DNA of 63,815 nucleotides, filler included, from Craspedostauros australis (taxonomy: Eukaryota): assembly GCA_030167865.1 (NCBI GenBank). It is 10 parts of 10 records of this genome, joined end to end, with 100 filler letters (N's around TTAATTAATTAA, not from the genome) between each part and the next. Parts side by side here need not be neighbours in the genome. Positions count along the whole stretch, not along the records: positions 15,727 to 21,877 come from JALAGF010004368.1; positions 21,978 to 27,631 come from JALAGF010004369.1; positions 27,732 to 30,226 come from JALAGF010004371.1; positions 30,327 to 32,071 come from JALAGF010004372.1; 6 more parts are not named here. One strand, 5' to 3'. Below are positions 19,755-32,171 of the stretch, piece by piece. Numbering within the stretch: the stretch's first letter is position 1; every line of letters starts with the position of its first letter. The notes under the pieces are model-generated. The model searched no databases. It saw only the letters and a list, made by a program, of their open reading frames with translations, and was not told the origin of the DNA. A program made the position numbers and the translations under genes.

Positions 19755-21877
19755 TACAAAATTTCTCACGTAGAACCTGTAGAAACAGTACTAGAACAAA
19801 ATCCTGAACAATGGTGCGCACCGACGCACAAAACCGTTCTGGCACAAGCAACCAGACCACTCATTCGACATTGACAATGGCACGAGGACGATCAGGAAGA
19901 GGAGGGCGTCAGGCCCGTGGCACTAGCTCCAGAGGAGGAGGCCGCGGCGGTAAGCGACAGTCCAGAGACTCTCCGGGCAAAAAGACGGCGAAAACGTGCC
20001 CCTCTGAAAACGAGAACCGTTGGATTTGGAGCCACCAGCACGAGCGAAGCTGGGGAGACGTTCTTCGCGAGCGCAACCTGATGACACGAGGCTACGAGCC
20101 TTTCCTGGCAGCGACCGGGGAAGAAGGAGCATTGGACGAGACGATCGCCTTTGTCAAGGAGATGAGGGACGACCTGGCGAATGGAGCATCCTTCCCACAG
20201 TGGAAAGAGCTTTTCAGTGATGCCTACGATAACAAGCTCCCCGCGGAGTCCAACCTGGTGATGATCCAAATCATGGTGAGACTGTTGGCGACTTCGAACA
20301 TCTTCTCGTCAGCGCTGTGGAAACTGGGGCAGATCCGATCCACCCATGAGACTGCGGCATGGATCGCCGCCAGAACCGTCTTCATGGAAGTCAAGGGCAT
20401 CCATCTGGACAACGACGACGAAGAAGTACCACAAGCCAGCTCCCCGAATCCAACGTCCAAGAAGAAATCGCGTACGCCAAGACACAAAGTGAAGGCTTAC
20501 CCGCGAAAAAACCCACAAGCGCGGGAACTGGTCAGCGTCAACGACGTGCTCAGCGAATACCATAAGACGTTCTTCGACGTGCGACTGCCAATGTCAAGGG
20601 AAGGCAGCGACACCCCTCTCACACAGGTCATTGCAGGACTCAACACCCTGCGAGCGTTCATCTTCCGCGCAGACTCCAAGTCTCAGATACTGGCATGGCG
20701 GAAAAGCAGGGAGCTACGCCCATGGACTGCAGCGGACGTCGCATGGACCAATCGGGAGACCCTGAAGCAATTCGTGGATAGCCTCTACGCGCGTACGGGC
20801 TTCATGACCTACACCCAAATCTGGGTTGCTCACAAAAGGGACCTCGAGGTCTTTGACGACGACGGTACACTCGCAGCGGCCGCGATCTCCTTCAGGAAGT
20901 CAGATATCCAGGAGCATAACATCATGGCGGCGGGCTGGCTCTTCGGGAGCCACAGCACCATGAACACGGATGATCTGGCTGAGGTGATCAACGATCACGA
21001 ACTCGTGAAGAACCACTGTGTGGTCCAGCTCCGCATCCGCGAGATCCAGCTGGTGAAGAGACGAGGACGGCGCTCTGAGTTGGATGACTTCCGCAGCAGG
21101 CCAAGGGCAACCCACATCATGTGCGGTGAATCGAAGTCCACGGTATGCCGAATCGCGATGAAAGACATGTTCAACAATCGAGCGGACACGGTGAGACTTC
21201 TTGGGAAGCAAATGCGGTTCATGCCGGATGCCCTCGACCAGCGATTCCACCATCCCCCCTCCGAGTTGGCAAATCTCAGCTCCATGGTAGCACACCAGAC
21301 CGCGTTCGAAAAGAAAATGGTCACCCAAGGGGTCTACTCTATCATGCAGCTGGACGTGGAAGTCCCAATTTGGAGATTGACACTGCGGGAAGTCATCATG
21401 AACCTTCGGTCGTTCGACAATCCGGACTATACATTGTTCGTGTCCGTTGATACGGACAAGTTTGATCGCAATCGCACTTTCTTCGTCTTTCACCCCAAAC
21501 GACAAGTCGAAGCAAGGGAACTAATCTCCAAGTTGCCCTTCTTCTGCAGCAAGAAGCTTGATCACAAGTGTCAAGGCTGGTTTACCCCAGAGGCCTGGGC
21601 CCAAAACGAATTCTACGAGGTAGACTGGGAGACTGGTCTGGTTCGGAGCAAAGAAGAGCTTGAAATGGGGCAGCTCGCGCAAGCAGGCGCTCACTTTCTG
21701 GACCTTGACGAAGATGAGATGGTCGGGCTGTCAGCCGAGGACGTGGGATGGGAAGGCTATGTGGACGAACACGGGAACATGAAGCCGGTTCCTCTTCTGA
21801 AGTTCGAAGTAGAAATGACGGCCAATCCCAGCACCCAGAACGGCGACAACGGAACAGTCGCGACGTTCGCCACAGCC
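19755..21877 (+). mobile_element. 5' part of a third, divergent LINE; ORF1 from 19811 open to the contig end
   Basis: ORF aligns by eye with the other ORF1s (IQ......GWL, RA.H, LTLRE..M.., LF.S.D, FHP....EAR, W/F....A......D..T..V.S). RG-rich N-terminus with no PHD. 5' motif TACAAAATTT. Confidence 0.75.
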
Positions 21878-21977
21878 NNNNNNNNNNNNNNNNNNNNNNN
21901 NNNNNNNNNNNNNNNNNNNNNTTAATTAATTAANNNNNNNNNNNNNNNNNNNNNNNNNNNNNNNNNNNNNNNNNNNN

Positions 21978-23522
21978 ACCCACGTTGGCAGCAAGCCCAA
22001 CGCACGGACCTTGACGGGCGTGCTGGAATCGCTGTCCACCATCGACGAGATTCTCTCCCTCCTCAAGTCGGCCATCGACGAGGCCCAACGTGGCTCCCAT
22101 GAAGCCTTCCCGTTGGATTCGGTGGTCTTCAGCACCGCCATTCGCACCATCTCTCAAAACCATCGCACCCGCAGCGGCGCAACGGCCGCCGAGAGCATCC
22201 TGCGCATGCTGGAGGGATACGCTGATTCTGTGGGACTGACGAGGGCAACATCCGTCACTGCCAACTCTCAAATCTACTCCATGGTGCTACATGCATGGGC
22301 GCAGTGCGAATCCACGGAACACCGTGGCGATGCCGCTCAGCGCGCGCAGGATATCCTGGTGCACATGGTGGAAGGCTACAAGCAGGGCAAGAACCAGAAG
22401 CCCAACACCCGGAGCTTCACCACATGCATCGGCGCATGGTCCCATTGCGCAAAGAATGTCCCGCATGCAGCCGTCAGGGCGGAGCAACTGCTGGATACTC
22501 TGCTGGCATTGCACGAGGCATTCCCCGATGACACGGACTTTGCTCCAGACACGTCGATTGGGAATGCTGTGCTGTCGGCATGGTCAAGGTCCGACCAATC
22601 GATTGATCATGTGCTGAGGGCGTTCGACAAGCTGAAGACATTCGCACGGCCTGATCTGTTCAGCTACAACTGCCTGTTGCACGCGCACAGCAGGAAAGGC
22701 GATGTTCCATCCGCGCTGGCCTTGTTGGATTGGATGGAGGGAGTGGAACAAGCAGCTGATGGTGGTACCGACTACGATGGTGGCGAAGACAGCGATGGCC
22801 AAAGCAGCATTCGAATCATGCCAGACACACTGTCCTACAACAACGTCATGAGCGCCATCGCAAACAGCAGGAGCAACAGTGGCAGCAGCAGTAGAAGTAG
22901 TGAAAGTGACGCATCTGCCTGTGATCCTGAAGAACTGCTGCGACGGATGCTATCCAACAACATCTCACCCAGCATCATCACATACACCTCTCTCCTTCGT
23001 GCGCTGGATGACGTGGACAGGGCCATGGAGTACTTGGAGGATGACATGATCCCCGATCCTCGACTCCAGCCTGATCATGTCACGTTCGATGTGATGGTGA
23101 GGAAATGCAGCAACGCCATCAACAACGGAGACTCGGTTGACACAAGGTCGCATCTGCAAATGTTGGACCGATTGCTGCAATACATGAAGCCGGTCCCCAA
23201 ACTTCGTGATTCCATCTTTTGCAACATGATCCAGACGTGCAGCGCCGGACTCGCATCGGCCGGGAGGGACGGCAGCAGCAACCGTCATGGCGATGACATG
23301 GCCGACGAAGAGAGAAGACACGAGGAGTGGATACAGCATGTGGCACCTGTTGTGGCCGAATGCAAGCGACGAGGAGTCGTGTCCAGAAAGGTGCTGATGC
23401 TGCTGAGGAGGGGCAGTATTCGACCATCACGATCGACCATGGAACGAGTCCTTGGAACGGCTGATACTCATTCGATGCCGAGAGAATGGAGCCGGAACGT
23501 CCCACGGCAGCACCGTCCATAG
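21978..23522 (+). CDS. PPR protein, second identical copy (alternative contig path)
   Basis: Identical translation to 15727-17271 (offset 6251). Confidence 0.9.
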   Translation, partial: THVGSKPNARTLTGVLESLSTIDEILSLLKSAIDEAQRGSHEAFPLDSVVFSTAIRTISQNHRTRSGATAAESILRMLEGYADSVGLTRATSVTANSQIYSMVLHAWAQCESTEHRGDAAQRAQDILVHMVEGYKQGKNQKPNTRSFTTCIGAWSHCAKNVPHAAVRAEQLLDTLLALHEAFPDDTDFAPDTSIGNAVLSAWSRSDQSIDHVLRAFDKLKTFARPDLFSYNCLLHAHSRKGDVPSALALLDWMEGVEQAADGGTDYDGGEDSDGQSSIRIMPDTLSYNNVMSAIANSRSNSGSSSRSSESDASACDPEELLRRMLSNNISPSIITYTSLLRALDDVDRAMEYLEDDMIPDPRLQPDHVTFDVMVRKCSNAINNGDSVDTRSHLQMLDRLLQYMKPVPKLRDSIFCNMIQTCSAGLASAGRDGSSNRHGDDMADEERRHEEWIQHVAPVVAECKRRGVVSRKVLMLLRRGSIRPSRSTMERVLGTADTHSMPREWSRNVPRQHRP

Positions 23523-23607
23523 ATCTAACTGCAAACAAGCCACCTCGCAACGACAGCCAATACTCTTCACAGAAATCTACATTTTCGCAGTGATGGGTGA
23601 GTGCAAA

Positions 23608-25758
23608 CTACAGCTTCTGCTTCTTCTGTTTCTTCTTCGTGCGAGTATCTCCATTCACGTCAGAGGTGCTGTCGCTGTTGTCACCATGGTGATTGCTGCT
23701 GCCATTCTTTTTGCCACCACTGCCACCACCGCCATGGGTTCCGCCCACGTGCACGTCCACGTCCATGTTCATGTTCGTGTCTATGTTCATGGGCACTGTC
23801 TGGACGACGAAGTCCTCAGCTGACAGAATGTCTTGATCCTTCTTCAGCCGGGTAGACAGCGCGGCCTTCTCGTACGTCTCCATCAAATCCCCAGGCTCCG
23901 CCATGTCCAACCACCGCGTTTTGACCTGATAGACACTCCGATTGGGAAAGTACTCACGTGCGTACTGCGTCCAACGAATGGGCTCGATGGCTTGCGTCTT
24001 CTTCTTCTCTCTCCGTTCAAGTATCGTCCTCCTCACGAGCTCATCCTCGGCCTCCGTAAACCCTGCGCATGAGTTGATATCAGGATTGAGAGAGCGATTC
24101 CACTTGGCCGACACCATGGTGGGATTCCTGTTGGGGAAGTGGTAGAGATTGGCCTTCAATGTCGGCGATGGATCGTTCTTGTATGCCTTCATGCACAGCG
24201 CCAGTCTGCGCTGATCATCCTTGTTCCACTGGCTGTGATCGAGGGATGGGTTCAAGAGCGATTGGTTGATCCGGGCCAGAATCTGCTTGATGTTCTTGGT
24301 GTGACCGAGCATCGCAGACACCGTCATGACTCCATGAAAATCCAGCACATGCTGAGGACCGAGCGCGGCCATGGTTGCGAGCATGACGCGGTCTTCCTCG
24401 ATGGTCCAGTCTGCGTGGATGGGCTTGAGCTGCGTTTCGTAGGCGTGGAGGCAATCCCACGCAGTCAGCTTGCTCTTCGATTCTTCATGTATTTCTGGTT
24501 CTGCTTGCGTTCCTGCTGTTGGCGGCGATGAGGCTCGCAAGCGATTGATGGACTCAGCGACTTGCTCCCAATCCAGCACGCAGTGTCGTTGGCTGGCATT
24601 CACATTCCGTCGTTCTTTGTCTACTCGCGACTGTGATTGTGGATGAACCGACGTGAGGTTTGCATCTGCACCTTCCCCACTCTTCTCGTTGCGACGATTC
24701 TGCTCTTTGCGTGCTTCTGCCATGTGTACCATCTCGAGCATGAGGAGGCTCTCCTGCTTGTTCAACTTTGGTGTTGGATCCATGGTGATGAACTGGTAGC
24801 GCATCCGGTACTCTTCCATCGACCTTTCGCTGATCTTGGTAGCAGGCTTCTTGCCCCGGTTGAACTGGGCGACTGATTCGATCATCCTGGCATGGAACCG
24901 ATTCCATACGTCGTCAACACCATCCTGAAGGCTTCCACTGTTATCGTCGTCAGCGATGTCATCTGTATTGCTTGCAAATACATCGCGTACCACTGCCCGA
25001 ATCAGATCATCCTCCTTGGGCATGAAGGGCGGCGATAGATGATGGAAGAAGGACTCGCGGATCAGTTGCTGTCGCCGGATGAAATCCTCGTTGGGAGCAG
25101 GCATAGAACCGGCGGGATCCACAAAGAAGGTTCGGGTCCACTTGCGATCAGGGTCGTACCGGAACAGATGGCGCCTGATGTAGGAGACGCGCGTTACGGC
25201 ACCCGGAACTTCTTCTTGTTGTTGTTCCTGCCGTTGGGATGGCGGTTGTTGCCAGCCATTCTTGTTGCTGCTTCTATGGATGTTGCTGTGGCTGCTACTG
25301 TGCCTGTCACTGTGGCTGTCACTGTTGTTGTTATTATCGTCACCCTCCTTCGAAGTGCGGCTGGTTACTGCCAACGACGCAGCGTTCCCAGTGGGTGGCG
25401 TCTTGCTGTAGCGTTTGCCACTTTGGGGGAACATGTACTTCCATTGGACGAGACTGATGTTCTGCTGCTGCTCCATGTCTATCCCTTCTTCGTTCCCTTC
25501 ATCATCAATGGCATCCCAATGCAGCCGAATCTGTTGGATGCATTGCGCTGCCTTGCGTCTGTTCTCCGTTTTCTGCTTTGCAACAAGCTGCAGCGCTTCC
25601 AGGATCTTGGTCTGTGCCTTGCGGTTGGCAGTCAGCGACTCTTGGATAGAGCTCTTGACCTTGTCTGGGATGCCATTCTGCTTCCGTTGCAGCTGGGCTT
25701 GTGATCGTGGGAGACGACTGCCACTTTTGAGTGCGATGCGTCTGGAACGGCTCGCCAT
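23608..25758 (-). CDS. SNAPC4: SNAPC4-like Myb protein, second identical copy
   Basis: Identical translation to 17357-19507. Confidence 0.7.
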   Translation of the reverse strand: MASRSRRIALKSGSRLPRSQAQLQRKQNGIPDKVKSSIQESLTANRKAQTKILEALQLVAKQKTENRRKAAQCIQQIRLHWDAIDDEGNEEGIDMEQQQNISLVQWKYMFPQSGKRYSKTPPTGNAASLAVTSRTSKEGDDNNNNSDSHSDRHSSSHSNIHRSSNKNGWQQPPSQRQEQQQEEVPGAVTRVSYIRRHLFRYDPDRKWTRTFFVDPAGSMPAPNEDFIRRQQLIRESFFHHLSPPFMPKEDDLIRAVVRDVFASNTDDIADDDNSGSLQDGVDDVWNRFHARMIESVAQFNRGKKPATKISERSMEEYRMRYQFITMDPTPKLNKQESLLMLEMVHMAEARKEQNRRNEKSGEGADANLTSVHPQSQSRVDKERRNVNASQRHCVLDWEQVAESINRLRASSPPTAGTQAEPEIHEESKSKLTAWDCLHAYETQLKPIHADWTIEEDRVMLATMAALGPQHVLDFHGVMTVSAMLGHTKNIKQILARINQSLLNPSLDHSQWNKDDQRRLALCMKAYKNDPSPTLKANLYHFPNRNPTMVSAKWNRSLNPDINSCAGFTEAEDELVRRTILERREKKKTQAIEPIRWTQYAREYFPNRSVYQVKTRWLDMAEPGDLMETYEKAALSTRLKKDQDILSAEDFVVQTVPMNIDTNMNMDVDVHVGGTHGGGGSGGKKNGSSNHHGDNSDSTSDVNGDTRTKKKQKKQKL

Positions 25759-25882
25759 TGTCAACAGCTATCTGTCCGTATGGAGATGGATGGTTGATTG
25801 GATGGTTATGTGAAGAATTGATGATGGATGATGATGGATGAAGATGGGCGATGACGATGGGAGGTGTTGCCCAGAATGCAAG

Positions 25883-25946
25883 GTGTTGATGTGTTGATGT
25901 GTTGATGTGTTGATGTGTTGATGTGTTGATGTGTTGATGTGTTGAT
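25883..25946 (+). repeat. (GTGTTGAT)n tandem repeat upstream of the SNAPC4-like gene
   Basis: About 8 perfect octamer units. The counterpart at ~19633-19680 is shorter and degenerate. Confidence 0.9.
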
Positions 25947-26331
25947 GTGGCTGTGTTGTTTGTCCATTGTGATCTCGGCGTTTTGATGTGTTGGTATCAA
26001 TCGTGGATACATGCAGTCACGAACGAATAGAAGTCGTGCTGTGTCTAGAGAGCACAACTCTGGCAACATCAACATCAACAACACCAGCATCATCATCATT
26101 GTGCACATCACCAACCAACATCCGCGAAAGCCGAATGGTTTGGTATGTACCATATGCAGTATTATACGTAGTACTTGTGGTACTCATAGTCGTATGATAT
26201 GTATGTATGCATGATATTATAGCGACTATCTTCCCTGATAGAGTTGGGTTAACCCGAGTAATATGACACTGTTGGACCGACCGACCTACTGACCGACATG
26301 CCTCGCCCTTTTCTTCTCCCTTTCCTACGAG

Positions 26332-27631
26332 CTACACATCGACGTGTTTGGCAGAATACGCAATCAACCACTTGACGTTGGTGAGCACATACTTCATGAC
26401 GCGGGTCCATTCCACACCGTTGCTTCCGGTGTAGGATACGGACAACCCACCAACGCGGAATTCGTTGCTGGGTGCCTTCTGCACGGAGTGCGGCAGTATG
26501 ATGGTGCGATCGCGTTGATGGATGACGCTGGCGGCGTCGTGGATGCATTGCATCATGGCGTGCAGCGCGATATTGAAGTTGCGTCTGCCGAAGAGAGAGA
26601 AGGAGGTGTCCTGGTAATAGAGGTTGTAAACGGATGGCTTCTGGGCGTTGGATTGGAACCGGATGCCGATCCTGCTGGTGCTGCCCATGGGGTGCAGGTC
26701 GTGCATGTAGCGGATGGTGGATCGCTCCTGCAGGATCTGCAGCAGGAAGACGACCTGTCCCAGCGCCGCGTTGATCTCGTTCCAAGATATGGTGACCATG
26801 GTGAGCTGCGGCACAGTTTTGATGGGCGCCACCGACGAGTTGCCTCCCTGCAACATCGAGAAGGGTGACATGGATGTCGATGCAGACGATGTCGTCGAGT
26901 CCATGGCCGCACGTGTCGCAGGCTCCGGTGCCACCGAAGCGGAGGAAGAGGAGAAGAAGAGGTACCTGCGCGGCTGTGTCGGAGGCTGGTTTGGGTGCGA
27001 CTGAGATGAATTGCTTGCACTTGCGCTTGCACTTGCGCTTGCACTCGCGTTGGAATCTGCGTTGGCGTTTGGAGAACCGCCGCCGATCGACTTGCTGACA
27101 GTCATCATGGTCCCACCAGAGCTGTGAAAGCCGTCGCCACCGTATCCGCCGTGAAAGTCCTGACGAATGATGGCAGGCATGGGAGGTGCCTCCAGACCCA
27201 ACCGGTAGCCATTGATGGTGCCAAAGGGACCGGAATGCCAAATGGGAAAGCAATCGTTGAGCACGTTCCACATCTTTGCGCGTTGCTGGAATCCATGGAG
27301 CTGCTGCAGCTGCTTGACCACGCTGTGGTAGCGTTGGCAGGTCTCCATCTGCTCCTGCTGCCGGACGTAAAGTTGGTGATGCAGCTGCTGAGAGGACGTG
27401 TCCAGCTGATGTTCCAGTGACTGCAACTGCGCGCGTTGCTGCCGCAGCTTGGCCAGTTTGTGGCGAAGGACCTCGTTGTGTTTGAGACGCTGCTCAAGTC
27501 CCTGCTCACAATGTACAAGTGGGCCATTCGCCGTGGTGGCCGCAACTGCGGATGGCTGATCCATCACATCCTGCGGATTGCCCGCGGAATCCCCTGCTTC
27601 CATCATCGATGGTTGTCCCTCGTCCATTCCA
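26332..27631 (-). CDS. ATG6: Beclin-1/Vps30 autophagy protein, 5' end at contig edge
   Basis: Coiled coil followed by NVLNDCFPIWHSGPFGTINGYRLG, WNEINAALGQ, PMGSTSRI and WTRVMKYVLTNVKWLIAY (APG6/BARA domain). Confidence 0.95.
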
Positions 27632-27733
27632 NNNNNNNNNNNNNNNNNNNNNNNNNNNNNNNNNNNNNNNNNNNNTTAATTAATTAANNNNNNNNNNNNN
27701 NNNNNNNNNNNNNNNNNNNNNNNNNNNNNNNAC

Positions 27734-30226
27734 TGTGACGATGGCAGAGCAGCATACTACATCGGCGAATGCAAGTTTCGACACATGGGCAACAACTTTG
27801 GAATCCCCCAAACAGTTCATATCGCCAAACATGACGAAGCGCCAGATTCCAGCGTTGTTCGTGTCCTCTTCTCCGGCAGCGGCACAGGCAAGACAGTTGA
27901 GCTGGCGACAAGCTCAGAGTCAAGAAATGCGACCATCACTCTGATGCACGAAGCAGATGGTGACATAGCGATGAGGGAACCAAACGGAGATCGAACGAAT
28001 CAGTGCCGAACCTATTTGAAGAGATGGGTGGATACTGACTTCGCATACAACGGTGAGGTGCTATCAACGATCGTAACCACGGTGCAGCAGCGGTTGCGTA
28101 CACTCAAGAAGAATCAAGGCGGGGGCAACGCGGTTGGCGACGATGAACACCCGAATGTGAACGACAACAGGATTCGGATAGTGCTTGCCATCGATGAAGC
28201 ATCGAAGTGTCCCAATCTTGCGAGAGAGATCATCAAAAACTATGATGACCTTGGAAGAGACCTTGGTCACTACATCATGAACAATGGGTCTGGAGGCGCG
28301 AAGGAAGGAGACAGCACGGATCATGGTGGACTCCCAGCAACCGAAACCCCGTCAGCCATCGAGGTGGTCTTCTCTATCGCAGGCACAGGAATGTACCGTG
28401 GGATTGCCGGTTCTCCAAGCAAAAACTTCGTCTGTCTTGACTCCAGCGCCAAAAAGGATCCCAAACAAACGTACGAAGCCCTTTGCAAGGAATACAACGA
28501 ACGAAGATGGCAAAGGCGCAAGCTCCCCACCTACAAGAAGATGATGGAGACGCCATTCCTGAGCATCATCGCAACACACAATGCAAGGATGACGTCCATC
28601 TTCATCAACCAGCTGGCAGAATCGATGTTGAAGATCGGCAACCCGGATGATGACATGAGGCTGATCTCGTTCGTGTTCACCAAGTTTCTACGATGCAATG
28701 GCTTTTCCACCCTTCGGACTGGTACGACAGAAGGAGCCAGCAAACAAGCTCTGGCAGTGGCACGAGTCCTGGCCATTGCTCTGTATCAAGAGGAACTCGA
28801 AGTGCCCATGGATATCGAGACAGCAAAGGAACGCGCGAGGAGACTCGACTATGGAATCGAGTTCGAGAGGTTCGGAACGAACGACATCAACATCATGTAC
28901 CATCTCGTCACGAGGTATGGACTGGTGGTACCAGTGCCTTTCGAGACATTCGACCACGTTGTGATGGATGAGGATGGGAATACTCAGGTGGATCCAGCAT
29001 TCACGCAGCCGAAGAGCCTGAAGAAGCCATACTTGGTGGATGAAGCCATTCAACTGCTGTGTGTGTGGCTGTTGGAGGGTGGAAAGCGGTTGGAGGGCAG
29101 CTATGACTTTCTTGGAAGGACTCTGCTTCCCTTCGAGGCGTTGTCGACGCAGATCGTCGGTTCTGCCATCACTGCAGCCACGACGGTCGCACAACAGAAA
29201 CGGAAACACATCCAATCCATTCTGAAGGATACCCTCAACATGCAGCCCAAATCGTCCAGCGGCAAGACAGACCCTGACAACAGGGCAGACCCTGACAACA
29301 AGACAGACCACGTGCAAGAGGCATGGGATGGTCTGGAAGATGTGATTCCTGTCTCTGTTTGGTCTGACTTTGCGTTGAATGGAATGTACCATCAGCAGTC
29401 TGAAATGAGTCTCAACGAACCGACCATACCAACAAAGCCCGAGAACTTTGAAGAGATGACCACAGCTCAGGTCATGGAGTGGATGGAAACCGAGAAGAAC
29501 GAACGTCTCAATGCCCGGGAGGCTCGCATGCGGCTGAACCGTTGGGACGGGTTGGAAACAAAGCAAGTCGATCCAAACTTTGGCAGCAATCCTCGTGAAC
29601 TGATCTCGGAATTGGACACACTCGACGGCTTCGATGCTTCATGTCAGGAGACCGCGGTGCCAACTTTCGACATGGACAAGAAGCTGACAGGTGGTCTTCT
29701 CAAGATGAGGGAGGCATGCGGCCATCTTGAGAAAACGATCAGGGAGACAGAAGCGCCCCAATTCAATCCAACCAAACAGAATTTCTGTCCATCACTCACA
29801 ACTGTGGCTGAGGGATCGAGCAACCTTGCGGATGGATACATTTCCACTGCTGGCGTGAGGAAGATCACAAACAGCGCAGGTAAATTCTTGAGATGGGAAG
29901 TGGGACTCTTCACGGTCTGCGTCCAAGGCAAAGATATGTTCGATTCCAGCACAATTGACTACAAAGATATCCGCGATATCAGAGACAGGATTCACCACAG
30001 CCTCCTTAACATCATGTTTGGCTTGAATCGGTTGTACTGCGTTGCAGGCATGCAAGACAAGCTTGCCATGAATACAGCGCCACCCGAAGACGATGAGGAA
30101 GACGACGATAACAGTGACAGCGACAACGGAACATCCCTTTACGCAGGTTTTCCGACCGATGTGAGTCCACTGTTGAGTGAATCGATGGACAAGCTCGACA
30201 ATCATCGCAGGCGTAGTCGGAAGACC
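27734..30226 (+). CDS. P-loop NTPase with putative C-terminal restriction-endonuclease-like domain; both ends truncated
   Basis: Walker A SGSGTGKT, Walker B IVLAIDEA, AGTG and NARM motifs. C-terminal LADGYI...VCVQGKD. Intronless ORF of more than 800 codons. Confidence 0.7.
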
Positions 30227-30328
30227 NNNNNNNNNNNNNNNNNNNNNNNNNNNNNNNNNNNNNNNNNNNNTTAATTAATTAANNNNNNNNNNNNNNNNNN
30301 NNNNNNNNNNNNNNNNNNNNNNNNNNAC

Positions 30329-32071
30329 TGTGACGATGGCAGAGCAGCATACTACATCGGCGAATGCAAGTTTCGACACATGGGCAACAACTTTGGAATC
30401 CCCCAAACAGTTCATATCGCCAAACATGACGAAGCGCCAGATTCCAGCGTTGTTCGTGTCCTCTTCTCCGGCAGCGGCACAGGCAAGACAGTTGAGCTGG
30501 CGACAAGCTCAGAGTCAAGAAATGCGACCATCACTCTGATGCACGAAGCAGATGGTGACATAGCGATGAGGGAACCAAACGGAGATCGAACGAATCAGTG
30601 CCGAACCTATTTGAAGAGATGGGTGGATACTGACTTCGCATACAACGGTGAGGTGCTATCAACGATCGTAACCACGGTGCAGCAGCGGTTGCGTACACTC
30701 AAGAAGAATCAAGGCGGGGGCAACGCGGTTGGCGACGATGAACACCCGAATGTGAACGACAACAGGATTCGGATAGTGCTTGCCATCGATGAAGCATCGA
30801 AGTGTCCCAATCTTGCGAGAGAGATCATCAAAAACTATGATGACCTTGGAAGAGACCTTGGTCACTACATCATGAACAATGGGTCTGGAGGCGCGAAGGA
30901 AGGAGACAGCACGGATCATGGTGGACTCCCAGCAACCGAAACCCCGTCAGCCATCGAGGTGGTCTTCTCTATCGCAGGCACAGGAATGTACCGTGGGATT
31001 GCCGGTTCTCCAAGCAAAAACTTCGTCTGTCTTGACTCCAGCGCCAAAAAGGATCCCAAACAAACGTACGAAGCCCTTTGCAAGGAATACAACGAACGAA
31101 GATGGCAAAGGCGCAAGCTCCCCACCTACAAGAAGATGATGGAGACGCCATTCCTGAGCATCATCGCAACACACAATGCAAGGATGACGTCCATCTTCAT
31201 CAACCAGCTGGCAGAATCGATGTTGAAGATCGGCAACCCGGATGATGACATGAGGCTGATCTCGTTCGTGTTCACCAAGTTTCTACGATGCAATGGCTTT
31301 TCCACCCTTCGGACTGGTACGACAGAAGGAGCCAGCAAACAAGCTCTGGCAGTGGCACGAGTCCTGGCCATTGCTCTGTATCAAGAGGAACTCGAAGTGC
31401 CCATGGATATCGAGACAGCAAAGGAACGCGCGAGGAGACTCGACTATGGAATCGAGTTCGAGAGGTTCGGAACGAACGACATCAACATCATGTACCATCT
31501 CGTCACGAGGTATGGACTGGTGGTACCAGTGCCTTTCGAGACATTCGACCACGTTGTGATGGATGAGGATGGGAATACTCAGGTGGATCCAGCATTCACG
31601 CAGCCGAAGAGCCTGAAGAAGCCATACTTGGTGGATGAAGCCATTCAACTGCTGTGTGTGTGGCTGTTGGAGGGTGGAAAGCGGTTGGAGGGCAGCTATG
31701 ACTTTCTTGGAAGGACTCTGCTTCCCTTCGAGGCGTTGTCGACGCAGATCGTCGGTTCTGCCATCACTGCAGCCACGACGGTCGCACAACAGAAACGGAA
31801 ACACATCCAATCCATTCTGAAGGATACGCTCAACATGCAGCCCAAATCGTCCAGCGGCAAGACAGACCCTGACAACAAGACAGACCACGTGCAAGAGGCA
31901 TGGGATGCTCTGGAAGATGTGATTCCTGTCTCCGTTTGGTCTGACTTTGCGTTGAATGGGATGTACCATCAGCAGTCTGAAATGAGCCTCAACGAACCGA
32001 CCATACCAACAAAGCCCGAGAACTTTGAAGAGATGACCACAGCTCAGGTCATGGAGTGGATGGAAACCGAG
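30329..32071 (+). CDS. Second allele or paralog of the P-loop NTPase ORF, truncated
   Basis: Identical for ~1.5 kb, then SNPs and loss of one 18-bp DPDNRA repeat unit. Confidence 0.7.
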
Positions 32072-32171
32072 NNNNNNNNNNNNNNNNNNNNNNNNNNNNN
32101 NNNNNNNNNNNNNNNTTAATTAATTAANNNNNNNNNNNNNNNNNNNNNNNNNNNNNNNNNNNNNNNNNNNN

